Of a DNA stretch of 64,000 nt, positions 1 through 14,989 are shown piece by piece (position 1 is the first letter of the stretch; the number at the start of each line of letters is the position of its first letter). The notes beneath the pieces were generated by a model, which was not told the origin of the DNA, ran no database searches, and worked only from the letters and a program-made list of their open reading frames with translations. Both the position numbers and the translations under genes were made by a program. The DNA is from Vicugna vicugna. Its lineage: Eukaryota. The DNA lies in contig MU058045.1 of the NCBI GenBank assembly GCA_013265495.1, positions 443,241 to 507,240 of the forward strand, in the 5' to 3' direction.

Positions 1-3000
1 TGTGAAATTGAGAAAGATGCAGTTTGCTCCCAATGCTTTCTTGAACTCTTTATGGACATTTTCATTGGAGCAGCTGCAGAGAAAGAGAACAGTGCTCAGA
101 GGGCAGCTGAAGATTCAGAGGAGAGAGACAGACTGAGAAAAATAAGAAAAGTGGAAGGACTACAGTAAAAGAACAGGGATGAGGAAACAGAGGAACTGAG
201 AGCAAAAAGGACTCTAGAGGGCTAAGGGAACAGCACAGTACACTGAACCTGGGAGCGGGGCCTGGGAGAAACAGGTAGAAATGAGGTCGGGAGGACAACT
301 CCCGACATCCCAAACACTCACGCCTCTCTCAGATCCTCAGGTACAGCCATGGTAACCTTGAAGAAGCTGCCTTTGGTTGCAAGGGGATTGGGGTTAACTG
401 GCCGAAGCCGTTCCAGGGTGACAATCTCATTGTAAGTGGCATCACAGGCAGCATATTCAATGACATAGAACTGGCAGAAGGAAAAAAAGGAGAAGCTGTG
501 GATGACTTGAGCTTCTATCTCCCGCCTTTCTATGACTAAAATGTGTTTCAGTTCTCCAAAGGCCTTCACAATCACTCACATCTCCCTTCATCATCCGCAC
601 CCGGGCCAGCCACCAGCCACAAGGTTCTTGTTCATTGGCTCGAGAATAAACCTGAGAAGTTGAAAATAAAAGAGATATTGAGGACCATCCAAAAACATCA
701 AGAATGGAATAAGCACTAAGACATCTGGGAAGTGTCCTAAGCCAAGATTTAAAAAATTGGGGAAGAGCTGTTAAATAAAATCAGAGGGCACTGGATTTTA
801 GATACTATCATCACAAATGGAAGAAAAGTGAATCCCTGAAACTGGGAAGCTCCCTGAGAGTCTGGATGATCACAACAGTGATGGACAGAGAACTGCTGCA
901 TTTCACTCTTCCACAGGCTGCCTGGATGAAGGGAGTAACTTAGCTTGGGAAGGAAGGACAGTGAACCAACCAGTGAGGAGCCTAGGATGCTGGTATCACG
1001 GTAAGGGAGATGCAGACTCCTGGGAAATGTGACATTTATAAAGGGTGGACTCCATGCCCTTACCTCCACCTCATCCCCTTCTGTGATCTCCTTATTATAG
1101 TCAGCTGGAGGTGGGAGCCGGACATCCCCAAAAGGAATCTGTCTCTCACTCTGCCAGCTGCAAGGGAAACAGTGATATGAAAGCTATTCAGGTTAATGTG
1201 GTTGCCCATTTCTTCAGGAAGAGGTTACTTTCTCTACTGGGCATTTTCTCCCTTCCCTGGTGATTAGAAACTAAATCCCAGGCCCTGCTCCATAGTGGTG
1301 TCATCTGTCTCTTGCTTGCATCTAAATACTGGATCAAATGTCCCCCACCTGCACCATATTTCAGCCCTTTCCTCTCCTGGGATCCCACCCAAACCCCTGT
1401 CTCTCCCCCACCTATTACATGCCTCATGAGACTCAGCCGCCCCCTCTTCTCCACTCTCCTTCTAGGACCTAGTATGCTGGATTCTCTATTCCCAAGGTCT
1501 TACTTGTTTTCAAAGAAGATGGTGACGGAGTCTTCATGGACATCCTTCACAAAGCCCTAGAATGGATTTTAGAACAAAGTAAAAAAAAGAAAGTGACAAT
1601 TTACCACCACCGCAGCCATCAAGGGAACAGAGACTTCTGGAGGGCCTTAAATACTCTTGAGTTTTAGATGGGGACACAAGCAATCTCAAAACAGCCAGAC
1701 AAAGCTGTACTGGGGAAAGAAAACCAATGTTGAGGTAGCAAGAAAGGAAATATTTATTGGCTTGGAAAGGAATGTGGCAAAATCCTGAAATGAGATAGAA
1801 ATTAAGTTGAAGGGAGAAACATCACCTGCATCAGAATAGCCTGGAAACTAGTGGTCTCCTATGGCTCCCACAGGGACCTCCCTATCTGTCTGCCTCCTGC
1901 TGTGCTGAGCAGCTTGCCAGAGTTCAATTAAAATACCAACAACATTCAGCAAAGCTAAGAATATCCCATGAGACAGTGTGAGACTGTCCTGGAGCACCTA
2001 GAGGACATCAGGATCTGCCAAGACAGAAAAGGGTCTGACTTCTTAATACAGCAAGAGCCCTGAGCAAACATGGTGCCTGGGTGCCTGGTCCTAAGAAAAT
2101 AATCAGAACACTGGAGAAGTTCAAAACTTTGAACACAATTCACAGAAGGAAAAATTGGGATTTAAAAGATGTGAGATTTCTAAATGTTAGACTAGGATAC
2201 TGCTAAGATTTTGGAAAGGAAAATAAAATTTGTGGAAGACCCCAATCTTGAGATCTTGACAAAGAGGAACAGAGAAGATTAAATAGCTGGTCTACCTATT
2301 TCCTATATCCTCACTGAGAAAAGCCAAAGCTATGTGTTCAATCCTTTGCTCCCAATTTTTCTATCTTCTCTCGCTATTTTTGACATATTCAAAATCAGGG
2401 GTTGCTGAGTTTGATAAAGTCCAATTTATCAATTTGTCTGTTTGTAACTGAGCTTTTGGTTTCCTTTCTAAATCCAAAGCCACAAAGGTTTCCCCCATGT
2501 CTTCTAGCAATCTTATAGTTTTAATTTTACATTTAGGTCTATGATCCATTTTGCGTTGAATTTTGTATATGGTGCAAGATACGATCAAAATTAATTTTTA
2601 CCTATGGATATCCAGTTCTTTCAGCACCATTTGTTGAAAGACTATCCTTTCTTTACTGAACTGCCTTCCACTTCTGTCAAAAATCAGAAAATACAAATTA
2701 ATGTATAACAGAAAGCAGGTTGGTGGTTGGCAGTTGGCAGAAGACTTTTGGGAGGGATAGAAATGTTCATTATCTTGATTATGGTTTGTTTTATATATAT
2801 GTCAAAACTTAACAAATTGCACACTTTAAATATGTGTACTTCACTATATGTCAATTATGCCTCATTAAAGCTTTAAAAAATTTAGTGGTTTCAAAAAGCT
2901 AACATACAGGAAATATTCCTGAGCTTTGCAAGTAGGAACAAAATATGAGCTTAGGAGAGAAAACACCAAAAACGTATACTTGTGTCACTCCCACCTCAGA

Positions 3001-6000
3001 GAACTAGTCAATCATAAACACTACATTGCTGTTTCCTTATGGTGGGAAAATCTAAAAAATCTCACTCTTGATACAGATCTTGCTATGGAGTCTTACTACT
3101 TAGAGCCTTACTACTCCCCAAGGCATTAACACTCCTGCCTGGCCCCTTCATGCTTTAGCTTTCTCAGCCATTCCCTTCCTCGGAAATGTTTTTCCCACTC
3201 TTCATTCAGCTCCATCAATATCCATTCCTACTATTCTCCATTCAAGTCTTCTGAGGCATCTACTCCCCACTATTTGCCTAAGTCCCTCCTCCCTTTTGGG
3301 TTCTTCCCTTAGTTCCTTCCTCCCCTCCTTTTTTTTCTTTAGCTCTTTTCTCAGTGTCCTCTTCCCCTCCTCCCACAACCACTATCATCTCTCTTGCCTC
3401 TTCTTTTCACCCTTTATAAGGGTCTGTCTGAATTTCTATAAACATTTCAACCAGCCTCTTCAGCTGACTTTATCCAATTCACTTATCCAAAATGTCTATC
3501 TCTAAGCTTTAGAAACAGTTTATCAACAGAGAGTTAGCTATTTTCAAAACATTTCAGGGATGAAATAAAACACAGTGGAAGACACAGAAGGAGAAAAGAA
3601 TCACTTGCCTGCCTCTTTGGTGAACAGATTCCCACTCCTAGATATATAAACACATTCACAAAGGATATGCCTAAAGCTCCAATCCAATCCTCCTCCAACG
3701 TGTCAAGGTTGGACCTCAGGGAGAGGCAGCAATACTACCCTGGTTTTTCTAGTTACCATGATCACAAAGCAGAAATTCAAAGCTCAGAATGGAGTTTTCC
3801 CTCACATTATTCAGCAGTTCAATGAAGCGTAACTCATACTTCTAGGGTCCTTTTCCTTCAGATTCTCCAAAACAAGCTTTCTCCTCAACTTCATATTCCA
3901 ATTCAGTCTCCGCTCCTTAATTCCACCCACACCACCCCAGTTTTTTTCCTCCAAAGATACCAGTGATAGAAAGTGAGCTCCCAGTTCTGCTCAGTCCATG
4001 ATCATTGGGAAGTTAAGCAGATGAAGGCAAGAGCAATTGAGTAAATCTCTAGAAAGCTACCTACATCCAAAGGATAACTCGATTCAGTGGCCATGGTATA
4101 TAGGATTTTGGCTTATAGGGCCTAGGACTGGAGAGAGGAAGAGACAGCCTTAGTTTCCTAAGTACTTCAGTTTCCTCAAATTACAAGACATAAAATTAGT
4201 TCCCACCTTCAACCTATCTTCTAGTCCTGGACTCTCAAAATAAAGGAAGGAGTTCTAGGAGAAAAGCAGGAAAGGGTCTGGATAAAAACCACATGTTGAA
4301 GCTGAGGATGCCATATTCTTTAACAAAAGAACAGGAATTAGGATATCCAGGTAAGGTGTGGAGAGCTGGATACTGTGCCCTGGAAGTTGAACAGATACTT
4401 CATTTATGAGAGTACAATTTAAAGAATAAAACACATTAAGTTCTGACAGAAAAGAAAGAATTGATGGGATAGCTACAAGATAACTTAGATCCCAGATCTG
4501 ACATTTGCAGTTCTACCCTGGAAGATCAACAACAGGACCCAATTCTGAGAGGGATGAAAGGAACCTTCCCAAATTTATAGTTCTAGAAGCAATGTAAACA
4601 CTCCTTGACCCACACTGAAGTTTGCTGAGTCATGAATATTAAATCAGTAGCAAGGTCAGATTGGGTAATTATCTATATGGCACTGAAAGCTGAAGAAAGA
4701 TTAGTCTGAATTTAAGGACTGATCGTTATTTTCAACTGAGGCATGGGGCAGAAAATGCTAAAGTGACCAGAACACAAAATCCACATTACCTGGCTTTCAG
4801 CTCAACTCCAAACTTTACTCTCTGATTTAAAGCATCCTATCCCCAATTCACTCAATCAAGCCTATCACTGCCACAGCCCACAGGAGAAAAGGGAAAGATT
4901 CAGAGTCTTTGTTAGACACTCATATGTGGAAAGGGAAATTTCCCTTCCCAGCTGGCGTACACCGTTAATTTGAACTGGATACCAATCTTTCCCAGCTGTG
5001 CTTGGCTTCCCTGCTTCCTGGAACAAAAGCAAACATCGTATCTTGATCTCAGACTCAATTTAAGAATCACTTTTCTTGGGGGTGGGAAGGACCTAGATGA
5101 AGGACAAGATACTGTGGGAAATTAGGCTAAACTCTTATGAGGAAAGGTATTTCAACAAAGGTAATGCAAGTCTAGGGAAAAGGGATTTAAGAGACAAATG
5201 TACTCTATCAGAACCAGAAAGGAATTAAAAGAGACTCTGCCAAAGAAAACAGAAATGCTATGGAGGCAGCTAGAAGAAAAAAGTCTCATGAGTTAGGAAA
5301 GTATGCACAAAAAATGACAGACGGGATCAGCTGGGAGCTTCCTTCTCCCATCTCAGCTGGGTAATAGAATAAGGTCATTTCCGGGGATTACACAGGAATA
5401 CAGAAATATTAGGACAAAAAGGCAAAGACTTAAATTGAGAGAATAAGATCGATGTGGGTACCCACAGGCACTGAATATAAAGAAATCTGGTGAGGGAAGT
5501 AAGGCAGAAATGAATAGGCATTTAGAGTGGGTAAAAAATCACTATACTGAATTTATCATTTGAAGCTGGGGCAGAAACCTTGTACTCCAAGGACAAATAT
5601 GAGACCCTTTCTAGTTACAGTTATAGCAAGATATGCTTCACAGGGAAGGAGATGGAGAAAGTCATTTCCAAGGGCACTAAGGCAAAGAGGTCTACTATGG
5701 GAGGCTTGAGGGGAAGAGGAGGAAAGGGGCCTCTTCTCACAAGTGATGTTATGAGAAAATATCTCTGCTCTTGCTCCTTAGAGTAAAACAAGAGAATGAG
5801 ACAGAAATTAGGAAAGTCTCTGAGACAATTTCAGGCATAAAGTCCAAAGAGTTCAAAGTAACAACAGTCACATAAAGAAAAATTCCTGAGACAAGAGGAG
5901 TCTCCCTCTGGCTTAATCTAAATTTAGTGTCCTAAAAAATAGCTTCAGAACAGATAAAGAAGGCAATGAAAGTAGTTCTAAAAAACCAAATCCTGGGCAA

Positions 6001-7037
6001 GGAGGGAGCTGAAGTAAACAAGGATCTTTTAAAGATAGTCCCCTTCTCCTTAAAAAAAAAAAAGAAAAAAAAAGCCTATCGGATTCCCAAATTGGGCAGC
6101 CTGGTCAAAAGTCTTCTAGAAGTGGATATCTTTAAGATAAACATAGGGAATCCTAATGAGATCCCCTTTTAGAGATCACAAGATGAAGCTTACATTCCTC
6201 AAGATGAAGAAAGTATATGAATGATCTACATGTATCTGAGGTCAAAGTGAGATGATAAATACAAAACCATCCCTGGGTAGAATGGTAGACTAGCTAGTCT
6301 TGGGATAAAGGGGTGGGGTAAGAGACTTGTGAAAAGATGCCACCTTATGGCTAGGAGGTAACTTGACTGGTACAGCCCAGAGTTCCTGAGGTCAAAAACA
6401 CGAAATGTCATAAACAGACTTCGACCGTTTCTCCTTGGGTTGGAAACAGAAATACAAGATGAAAGTGGGGTGAGTCTTTCCGAGCCAGTAGGCAGAGGCC
6501 TCTCGGAGAAAGATGAAAGGACCTAATATGGGACGGCTTTCCCAAGGGGTTAACAGGGGAGAATAAAGAGAATTCTCCATGTGCGTGGACTGTGGGGAAG
6601 ATGTGATTAAGATCTAAGGTAAGTCTTCCACTAGGAAACAGGAAAAGTCAATGACACGCTGGGTAAATGGGGTCTCTTCTGGGGTGTTGGGGTGGGGGGC
6701 GCCGATCCAAGCACAATAATGCCCTGATATTCATGCTCTCTGAGATGCGGGTAAAAGCAGGTATAATTAAAGGGGCCAAAAATAAGAGGAAAGGGTTGAC
6801 TTCCAGAGGTCTCCTCAGGAGGGCCGCGGGTGGGAGCGTGAGTCTAAGGTTCTAAGGGTCAGGACTTAGCTCCAGAATCTCGATCCCGCCCCACTCTCTG
6901 CTCTGGCTGGAGAGAAGGGGCTGAAGACCGTGTCCCCGGCCAGCGCGCCGCCTCACCTTGTAGAAGGCCCCGTTGGAGCCGCGCACCTCGACGGGCAGTC
7001 CCGGCTCCACATCCCCCCCCGAGGCCAGGCCGCCCAT
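1..7037 (-). CDS. FXR2: FMR1 autosomal homolog 2, coding exons 1-6 (gene continues beyond the window start)
   Basis: Exons 6957-7037, 1504-1556, 1064-1157, 580-651, 322-470 and <1-73, all with GT-AG boundaries. They splice to [54 protein letters not shown]...[33 protein letters not shown]..., the tandem Agenet/Tudor N-terminus of the FXR family. Internal exon sizes of 53/94/72/149 nt match the family. Confidence 0.97.
2360..2880. mobile_element. Old LINE-1 (L1M) fragments in FXR2 intron 1
   Basis: Typical antisense L1 ORF2 text (GATCCATTTTGCGTTGAATTTTGTATATGG...CAGCACCATTTGTTGAAAGACTATCC) followed by L1 3'UTR-like sequence. Boundaries are approximate. Confidence 0.7.
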
Positions 7038-7900
7038 GGCGCCGCCACCGCCTCCGACTCCCCCGGCGGCGGCTGCAGCAGTGCTCTGAGTGCGGGCCGG
7101 GCCAGGTCCCCGGCGTCTCCCCGGAGGAGGAGCCGGAGGGGGAGCCGCGGGGGGCGGGAGCCGGGCCGGCCCCACGGCGGCCCTGCCACAGCCAACGAGC
7201 AGGGGGCCGGGGCCGGGCCGCTCCCCGTCCGCCGCCGCCGCCTTGGTCTCCGCCACCGTGAGGGAAACGGCCGTCGCCGCCGCTGCCTTCGTCACCTCAG
7301 CTTCCGCCCGCCGCCGCCCCCGCTGCTGCCTCAGTCCCGGGACCCGCTGCTGCCGCTGCCGCTCCACGGCCTCCACCTCCCCCTGCCGCCACCGCCTACT
7401 GCGCAGGCGCACCGAGCACCCGCCCGCCGCGCGCGGGCCCCAAGGGCCACTGCGCAGGCGTCGAAGCTGGCGACCCAGCTCGCGCTCGCCAGCGCATCAG
7501 GGCTTCTACACTCCTCTTCACTCTCTCACGCCCTCTCCTGGTCGCTTTTTTGCGCTTGCGCAGAATGAGACCGGCGCTCTTTCTTCGCCACCCCACCACT
7601 CCACCGTCCCCATCTCTTCCTTTCCCCGCCCCACAACACTGAGAGCTAACCAATCATGGGGAGGGAGGGGCCAAGCTCACTCAGTCGGATTGGGTTTCTG
7701 CTGCTCCTGGTCAGACCACACCCACTTCACCCTGAGAGCTCCACCAGGCTTGGGCAAGTTAGGGATGGGCATGCGCCTGAATGATTGCTTGGTCACTTTC
7801 CCCACCTTTGTCTTCCTTGATGCGCACGCTCCAAAGAAAAAAAAAGAGGAGTCAAAAGGAAAAAGGAGGGGCTGGTGCGCATGCGCTGAGCTTTAATGTC
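6900..7900 (-). promoter_or_regulatory. FXR2 CpG-island promoter and GC-rich 5'UTR with clustered NRF1-type motifs and CCAAT boxes
   Basis: CpG-dense. TGCGCAGGCGCA 7400-7411, TGCGCAGGCG 7451-7460, TGCGCTTGCGCA 7551-7562, TGCGCATGCGC 7876-7886. CCAAT 7650-7654 and ATTGG 7689-7693. Confidence 0.8.
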
Positions 7901-8199
7901 TACAGTCCGTATAGGCTCTTTTGATCATCTGTAACTCTTGTGAGAGGTTTACGAGTCACGTTCTTGCCTTGAGAAGATTCTGATCATGCATATATTGAAA
8001 GGTTAAAAAAGAATGTCAAGGCAGTACTGAAAGGCAAATGCAACTTAGATTAGCACAAGATTTGATATCTAAATGCTGAGAAAATTCAAAATAGGAAAAA
8101 TTACTATGGAAAAAGGATAGCAGATGGAAAACTTAGGATTCTTAAACTAAAATAATTAAGAAGTTTAGGTATAAGTGAATAAAATCGTACACAAATTAG

Positions 8200-8800
8200 A
8201 ATCATGTGTTGTGCAGTTAATCATTTGGCAAATATTTAGCCCTCACTCTGTTTCAATCACTATAAGTGGTAAGGATACAAAGGCAAGATGTGGGCCCAAA
8301 GACAAGACTTTCACAATGTGTTAGGGAAGGGACAGACAATTAAACACGTTTAAACAAACAAGTCAACAAATAAGTGCATGGCTTTAAATTGAAGACAGAA
8401 ATAAGAACTAGGCATAGAGGCAACTCCAGGGAGGCAAACAATGGTCAATTGTTCAGAGTGATCCAGGAAGACCTCTGCAGGGGAGATGGTGCAAATTGAG
8501 ATTTGAGGTATGAGTAGGAGTTTGCTAGAGGAAAAGTGCAGTAAGAGTATTCTTGAGAGAACAAAGAGTACAACAGTGCAAAGGAGCAGGAAGAGTTTGT
8601 CCTTTGGGGAACCACAACTAGTTTAAACAGCATTTGGCTTTAAGTAGGGACGCTGAATTGTGAAGGACTTACAAATCAGAATAAGGAAAATGGCCTTCAC
8701 TTTATCAATACTGGAGAGCCCTTGAAAGATTTTAAACAGTAGTATAAAGTGATAGGATTTACAGTTTACAACGGTGGAGAATAGATTCAAGAGTAAGGAC
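8200..8800. mobile_element. L2 LINE fragments
   Basis: L2-like motifs (CATTTGGCAAATATTTAG; GGAGAGCCCTTGAAAGATTTTAAACAG). Boundaries are approximate. Confidence 0.55.
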
Positions 8801-9099
8801 ATTCCCTAAGGTGGTGAGACCTATGAGGGGCAGGTGATACTGAGGACATTTCAGACAGGGTCATGACATGTGCAGAAGGCTCAGAGAGGAGTGTATGGTG
8901 CATCTGAGGTACTGAAAAGAGTCAAACGTGGTCAGAACTTGAAGAGGAAACATGGCTGGAATAATATTTCCGATAACGGAGGTTTGGGCCAGAGCCTGGA
9001 GGGACTGACCAGAAGCTTGGAGTGCTGAAAACAGTGGCAGGATTTTCAGTAGACTTGCCTTTAGATGAGATTACTCTAGCTGGACTATAAACAGTGTGC

Positions 9100-9568
9100 A
9101 AACAGAATGTCCCAGCTCACCTTAGGACTTCTAAATACACAGACTAGGCAGGAGACAGATTGATAGCTGGACGGTAAGATAGATACTAAAAATGGGGATT
9201 AAACGAAAGTTTACAGATTGAATGTTGAGACTTTCCCCAGACTCCCTCTTCACCCAGCTCTGAGATTACCTACAGCCTGTCTTATACCCTGCAAGTGGGA
9301 GTCTGGAAGTCTTCTCTGGGAAATCTGACCAGACAAGGAAAAAGACCTAATGGTATTGATATCAGTGGTTCCTCAAGGAAATGGCCTCTTGGATCACCCT
9401 ATAGTGAAGATCACAGTCAACATGCCTCTCTACCTCTCACATAGATGCACACAGAACTTCCAATCAGTACCTTAGTGTACGTCAATCTTAAATATGAGCA
9501 GATAATTGAGGATTACCAGTCATTTGAGGAAAGCTTCTAAAATGAAAGACAAAGGCCAAAACAAATAG

Positions 9569-9617
<49 letters not shown>

Positions 9618-11470
9618 CAAAGAAAGAAAGAGACAAAGAAAGAAAGAAACAAAGAAAGAAAGAAACAAAGGAAGAAACAAAGAAACAAAGAAAGAAACAA
9701 AGAGGGAAGGAAAGAAAAAGTTGGAGCAGAAATACAGATTACACAATGGAAAAAAACATTTTAAAAAATCACAAATATTCTCAGTTAAGAAAAGAATATA
9801 TATCCATGAAATAAAACCAGAACTTTTTAAAATGCAGAGAATAAAAGAGAACTCTTAGAAATTAAAAACCTGAAAGCAGAAATAAAAATTCAATAGGAGG
9901 TATATAATATACAACATGATAGATATAATTAACACTGCTGTATGTTATATATGAAAATTGTTGCATTCTTATCACAAGAAAAATTTTTTCTGTATTTCTT
10001 TAATTTTGTACTATATGAAATGATGGATGGTAACTAAAATTATTGTGATAATCATTTTGCAATGTATGTAAATCAAATCATTATGCTGCATATCTTAAAC
10101 TTATACAGTACTGAAATTATATCTTTTTAAAACTGAAAGAAAAATAGATAAAATTCATTAGTGGATAAAAAAATTCAATAGAAGGGTTGGAAAATAACAT
10201 TAAAGAAATCTCCTGGAAAATAGAGGGGGGAAAAAAAGGAAAGAAAATAATTTTGAAAGTAAAAGACTAGTCCATGAAATTTAACATCTGAATAACAAAA
10301 GTTCCAGAAAGAGATCATAGAGATAATGGAGGGGAGGAAATTATCCAAAAAATAATAATAAATTTTTTAAATGTTTCCATAACTGAAGACATGAGTTTCC
10401 AGATTGCAAAAACCCACTAAGACCACACATTTCTGTGTAAGATCTCAGGATGCTAGGATAAAGAAAAGATCTTAAAACTGTGGTTGGGGAAAGAGAGAAG
10501 GAAAATAAAAATAGGCTTCATACAAAGGATTCAGAATAAGATTTCAGACTTCTTATCAGCAATACCAGAAGCTAGAAGGCAATGGAGAAATGCCTTAAAA
10601 ATTCTCAGGGTAAATTATTTCCAAACTAATATTTGCTACCCATCCACACTGTCAATTATGTACAACAGTAAAATAGACATTTTCAGATTTTTAAGATCCC
10701 AACAAATTTACCTCCCAGGCATCCTTTCTGAAGAAGCTTCATCAAAATAAACGAAGAAAGATGAGTACATAGGTTCTGGGAAACAGGCTATGAACCCAAG
10801 ACAGAGGAAAAGGGAGTCCCAAGGATGGATGTGAAGGGAGATACCAACAGTGTTGCCTAAAGATCAGACTCTGTGCTGAAGCAGGTCTAAAGGCTCTATG
10901 AGAAAGTTCTTCAACATGAAATAAATAAAATTCCTTAGGTGTTTATGTATTCTGAGAAAAGACTGACACAACTAAGGGAGAATTGGGGGATAAATAAGAG
11001 TATACAGAAAACTAAGGAAAATAAAGAAGACAAGGCAAGTGTTGATTCCAAGGAAAACAAAAATGGTGCAAGAGAAGAAAAAACCAACCATCCACGTGGC
11101 TCAACTGTAAAGAGCATTTGTATAATCATAACGAAACACAGATTCAACCAGAGTTATGATATAATATTGGAAGGATGGGAGGATGAGAAGTGCAGGTGGG
11201 GTGATGGGGAAGTTGGAAAAGAGAGTTAGCAGTGGAAGATCCATAGTCATGCCTGCAGAAACATCAAAAAGTAGCAATATTTGTATGCTATTTTGAGTTC
11301 GAGATATGAAAGTAAATTGAAAAAAAAAACAATTTAAAAACTCAATTGAAAGTGATTGACTTTGAAGAGTGAAGGGAATTGGGAGACTACTTCTTTCAAT
11401 ATATACACCTTATAGAAATATTTGATTCTTTAAATAATATATTGTATATCTTTGATAAAAATAAATAAAT
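9100..11470 (+). mobile_element. Degraded L1 ORF1-like (L1M/HAL1-type) element with a nested L1 3' end at about 9897-10168
   Basis: ORF 10484-10750 (ISDFLSAIPEARRQWRNALKILRVNYFQTNICYPSTLS) resembles the L1 ORF1p C-terminal domain. The nested L1 3'UTR is flanked by the direct repeat AAAAATTCAATAG (9884-9896 and 10169-10181). Confidence 0.7.
9568..9720 (+). repeat. (GAAA)n microsatellite with GAAACAAA variants
   Basis: Directly visible tandem repeat. Confidence 0.95.
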
Positions 11471-12379
11471 AACCCAGTTACAGGAAGGAATTAGGGAGTC
11501 TGGGAGATCAGTTAAGAGGCTATGGCAACTTTCAAAGAGAGATGATAGTGGAAGTAGGGATAGGGATGTGGAAAGATTTGACAGATATTTTAACTAAGTT
11601 TTCTCTATTTTCCCTTTAAAAACCCCTTACCCTAAATGCCCTTCCCTCTGTTCTCCCTGGAACGGAGAATGGCCAGACCCCAGGTGCTTATCATTCCATA
11701 TCAGTCAGCCCCAACATCTAAGGCTCAAAAATTGGCATTACTCTGGAAGAATATGGGCCCCTGAACTGTTCTTTGACTAAATATTTTTTAATTTGAATCT
11801 TTTAAGATGGATTCTTCAACTCTCCATACGCTATAGATCCTGTTTCTTACAATTTACACATTTGTTACCTACTTTTCAGTGTCTAAATTATGACCATTTA
11901 ACCAATGGCTCATCTACAAAAGGAATAATATGCCAGCATGGATGGCAGATGACAGATGTGTTTAATAGTATGGGAAGATTTTCTGATTTATTGTTAAATG
12001 AAAAAAACTGGTCACAAAAGAGTACAATCCCATAAACGCCAACACACTTAACTAGTTATATGTATATATGTACGCTGAAAAAAACTAAAGAATTGATACC
12101 AAAGGGTTAATAATTATGTAAGTAAGGCTATGGATTCTATTTTTATATATACTTCAAATATTTCTTCAACAAACCTGTATTACTTGTGCAATAAAATATT
12201 ATGAAAGTGGGGAATTAGTTTGTTTCCCTTCTTACCTTCATGGGCCCTTAAAGTTTGTTCCAGTTTTGCAGAACCGAAAATAAAGGCTTTGTGAGTTTTG
12301 AAAAAGAAAAATCACTAAATAGCTGAGCGGATTTTTTAAAGTCAGGGCAAGTGAAATGCCCTGTGCCCCTGAAAAGCCA

Positions 12380-12393
12380 CCACTAGGTGGCAG
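12380..12393 (+). promoter_or_regulatory. CTCF core motif
   Basis: CCACTAGGTGGCAG is an exact match to CCASYAGRKGGCRS. Confidence 0.7.
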
Positions 12394-12718
12394 CCTGCTC
12401 CATCTGTTGAGTCTGTGGGCTAGCCTCAGTCATGGATTCTGCACAGCCCAGTCCACACACTGTACGCCTTTGTCTGGGTCCCAAACGTGACCTACAAGCC
12501 TGATGTGAAAGCTGGCCCCTTGCTCTTCTTTTCTCTAAATTCTACAGGCCAGAGCCAAGACTCTGGTCCATTGAGAGCGAAAGTCATCTTAGGCCCACCT
12601 TTACCCCCAGGAGCAACATCCACTGACCAGAACACTGAGGAAGGGTTGTAAAGTGGCTGAAGCTTATCACATACTCAATTTCTCCTCCCAACACCACATC
12701 AGCACATAGGAATTCTCA

Positions 12719-12724
12719 TTTATT
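12719..12724 (-). terminator. SAT2 polyadenylation signal AATAAA
   Basis: TTTATT on the + strand, about 195 nt past the SAT2 stop. Confidence 0.75.
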
Positions 12725-12918
12725 TTTCACCCTTAACAAGAAGGTGGGAAGGCCTTTTCCATGCTTCTGCTCTTTCCATTTGGGAATATTCACCCCCAAT
12801 CCTCCTTCCTTCAGGAAGGCCTTTGTCGGTGGAGACTATCTCTGGGGTGATAGTCTCTAAGGAGTGCTTGAGCTGGTGGGCGTGGAGAAACTGAGATAGA
12901 GATTCTCAAGGGATGGGA

Positions 12919-14225
<1,307 letters not shown>

Positions 14226-14239
14226 CCCGATCCCCACCG

Positions 14240-14600
14240 TCTGAGACTGAAGTCCAGGGCCCTCACTTCCGTTCTGCAGGATCGAGCAAAGAGCAACTGG
14301 GACCCTTTAAGGGGCCTGCAAATTCGGATCGTGGAAAGCCGGGGGAGCTGGGGGAGCGAGGCTGTGGGGACGCCGCGAGCTGGGAAGCCGAAGCCCAATT
14401 CCGGCTACTGCGGGCCGAGAAAGTGGTCGGGCGAGTGCGCCTCATAGCCCGGTAGCCCCTAAATTCTGCCTCCGCCGGCGCTCAACCACCAGCCAATCAG
14501 CTTGCAGATCAGGCATGTCCCCGCCCCTCTGCCCTACCCACCGAGACCCGGTCTCGTGACCGCGCCCCTGGTCAGGGGTCAAGGCTGGACTGCCGAGGCT
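14240..14600. promoter_or_regulatory. SAT2 CpG-rich promoter
   Basis: CpG-rich, with an ETS motif CACTTCCG (about 14264), AGCCAATC (14491-14498) and a GC box (about 14520). Confidence 0.65.
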
Positions 14601-14989
14601 CCCTCGCTGTTGTTACGTGGGAGTTCCAGCCTCCACTGGAGAAATCCCACGGCCCAAAGACACCTCCTTCTTTAACTGAAGTGTGCAGTGATTACCTGCT
14701 CTACCCTTCACTCAAACTCACCCATTCCAGCCCACCCAGACCCTGGATGAGCCCCAAGACCTCCAGCTCATTCCTACTGGCTCAGAGTGTTACTTCTCTT
14801 GTATTTTAAATGGGTCGGGGGAGAGGGTGATGAATTTCTATTGGTAAATGGCTAGGCCTTGTCATAAACAATTAAGAGGAGATAACCGGGAGTTGGGAGG
14901 GGCGGATTTCTTAGTATCCACTGACTGTCACTCAGAGACAATACCTCCCTATGAGAAAAGCCTCAGAGGCCTGGGAAAATACTGCGAGA

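Noticed and set aside
6930..7896. Long + strand ORFs (212 and 268 aa) over the FXR2 promoter
   Set aside because: They start at non-ATG codons, are low-complexity Arg/Pro/Ala/Gly, and are expected from stop-codon scarcity in a CpG island antisense to FXR2.
9488..9746. Phe/Leu/Ser-rich 'membrane protein' ORFs (also around 20390-20670)
   Set aside because: They are translations of (GAAA)n/(TTTC)n microsatellites.
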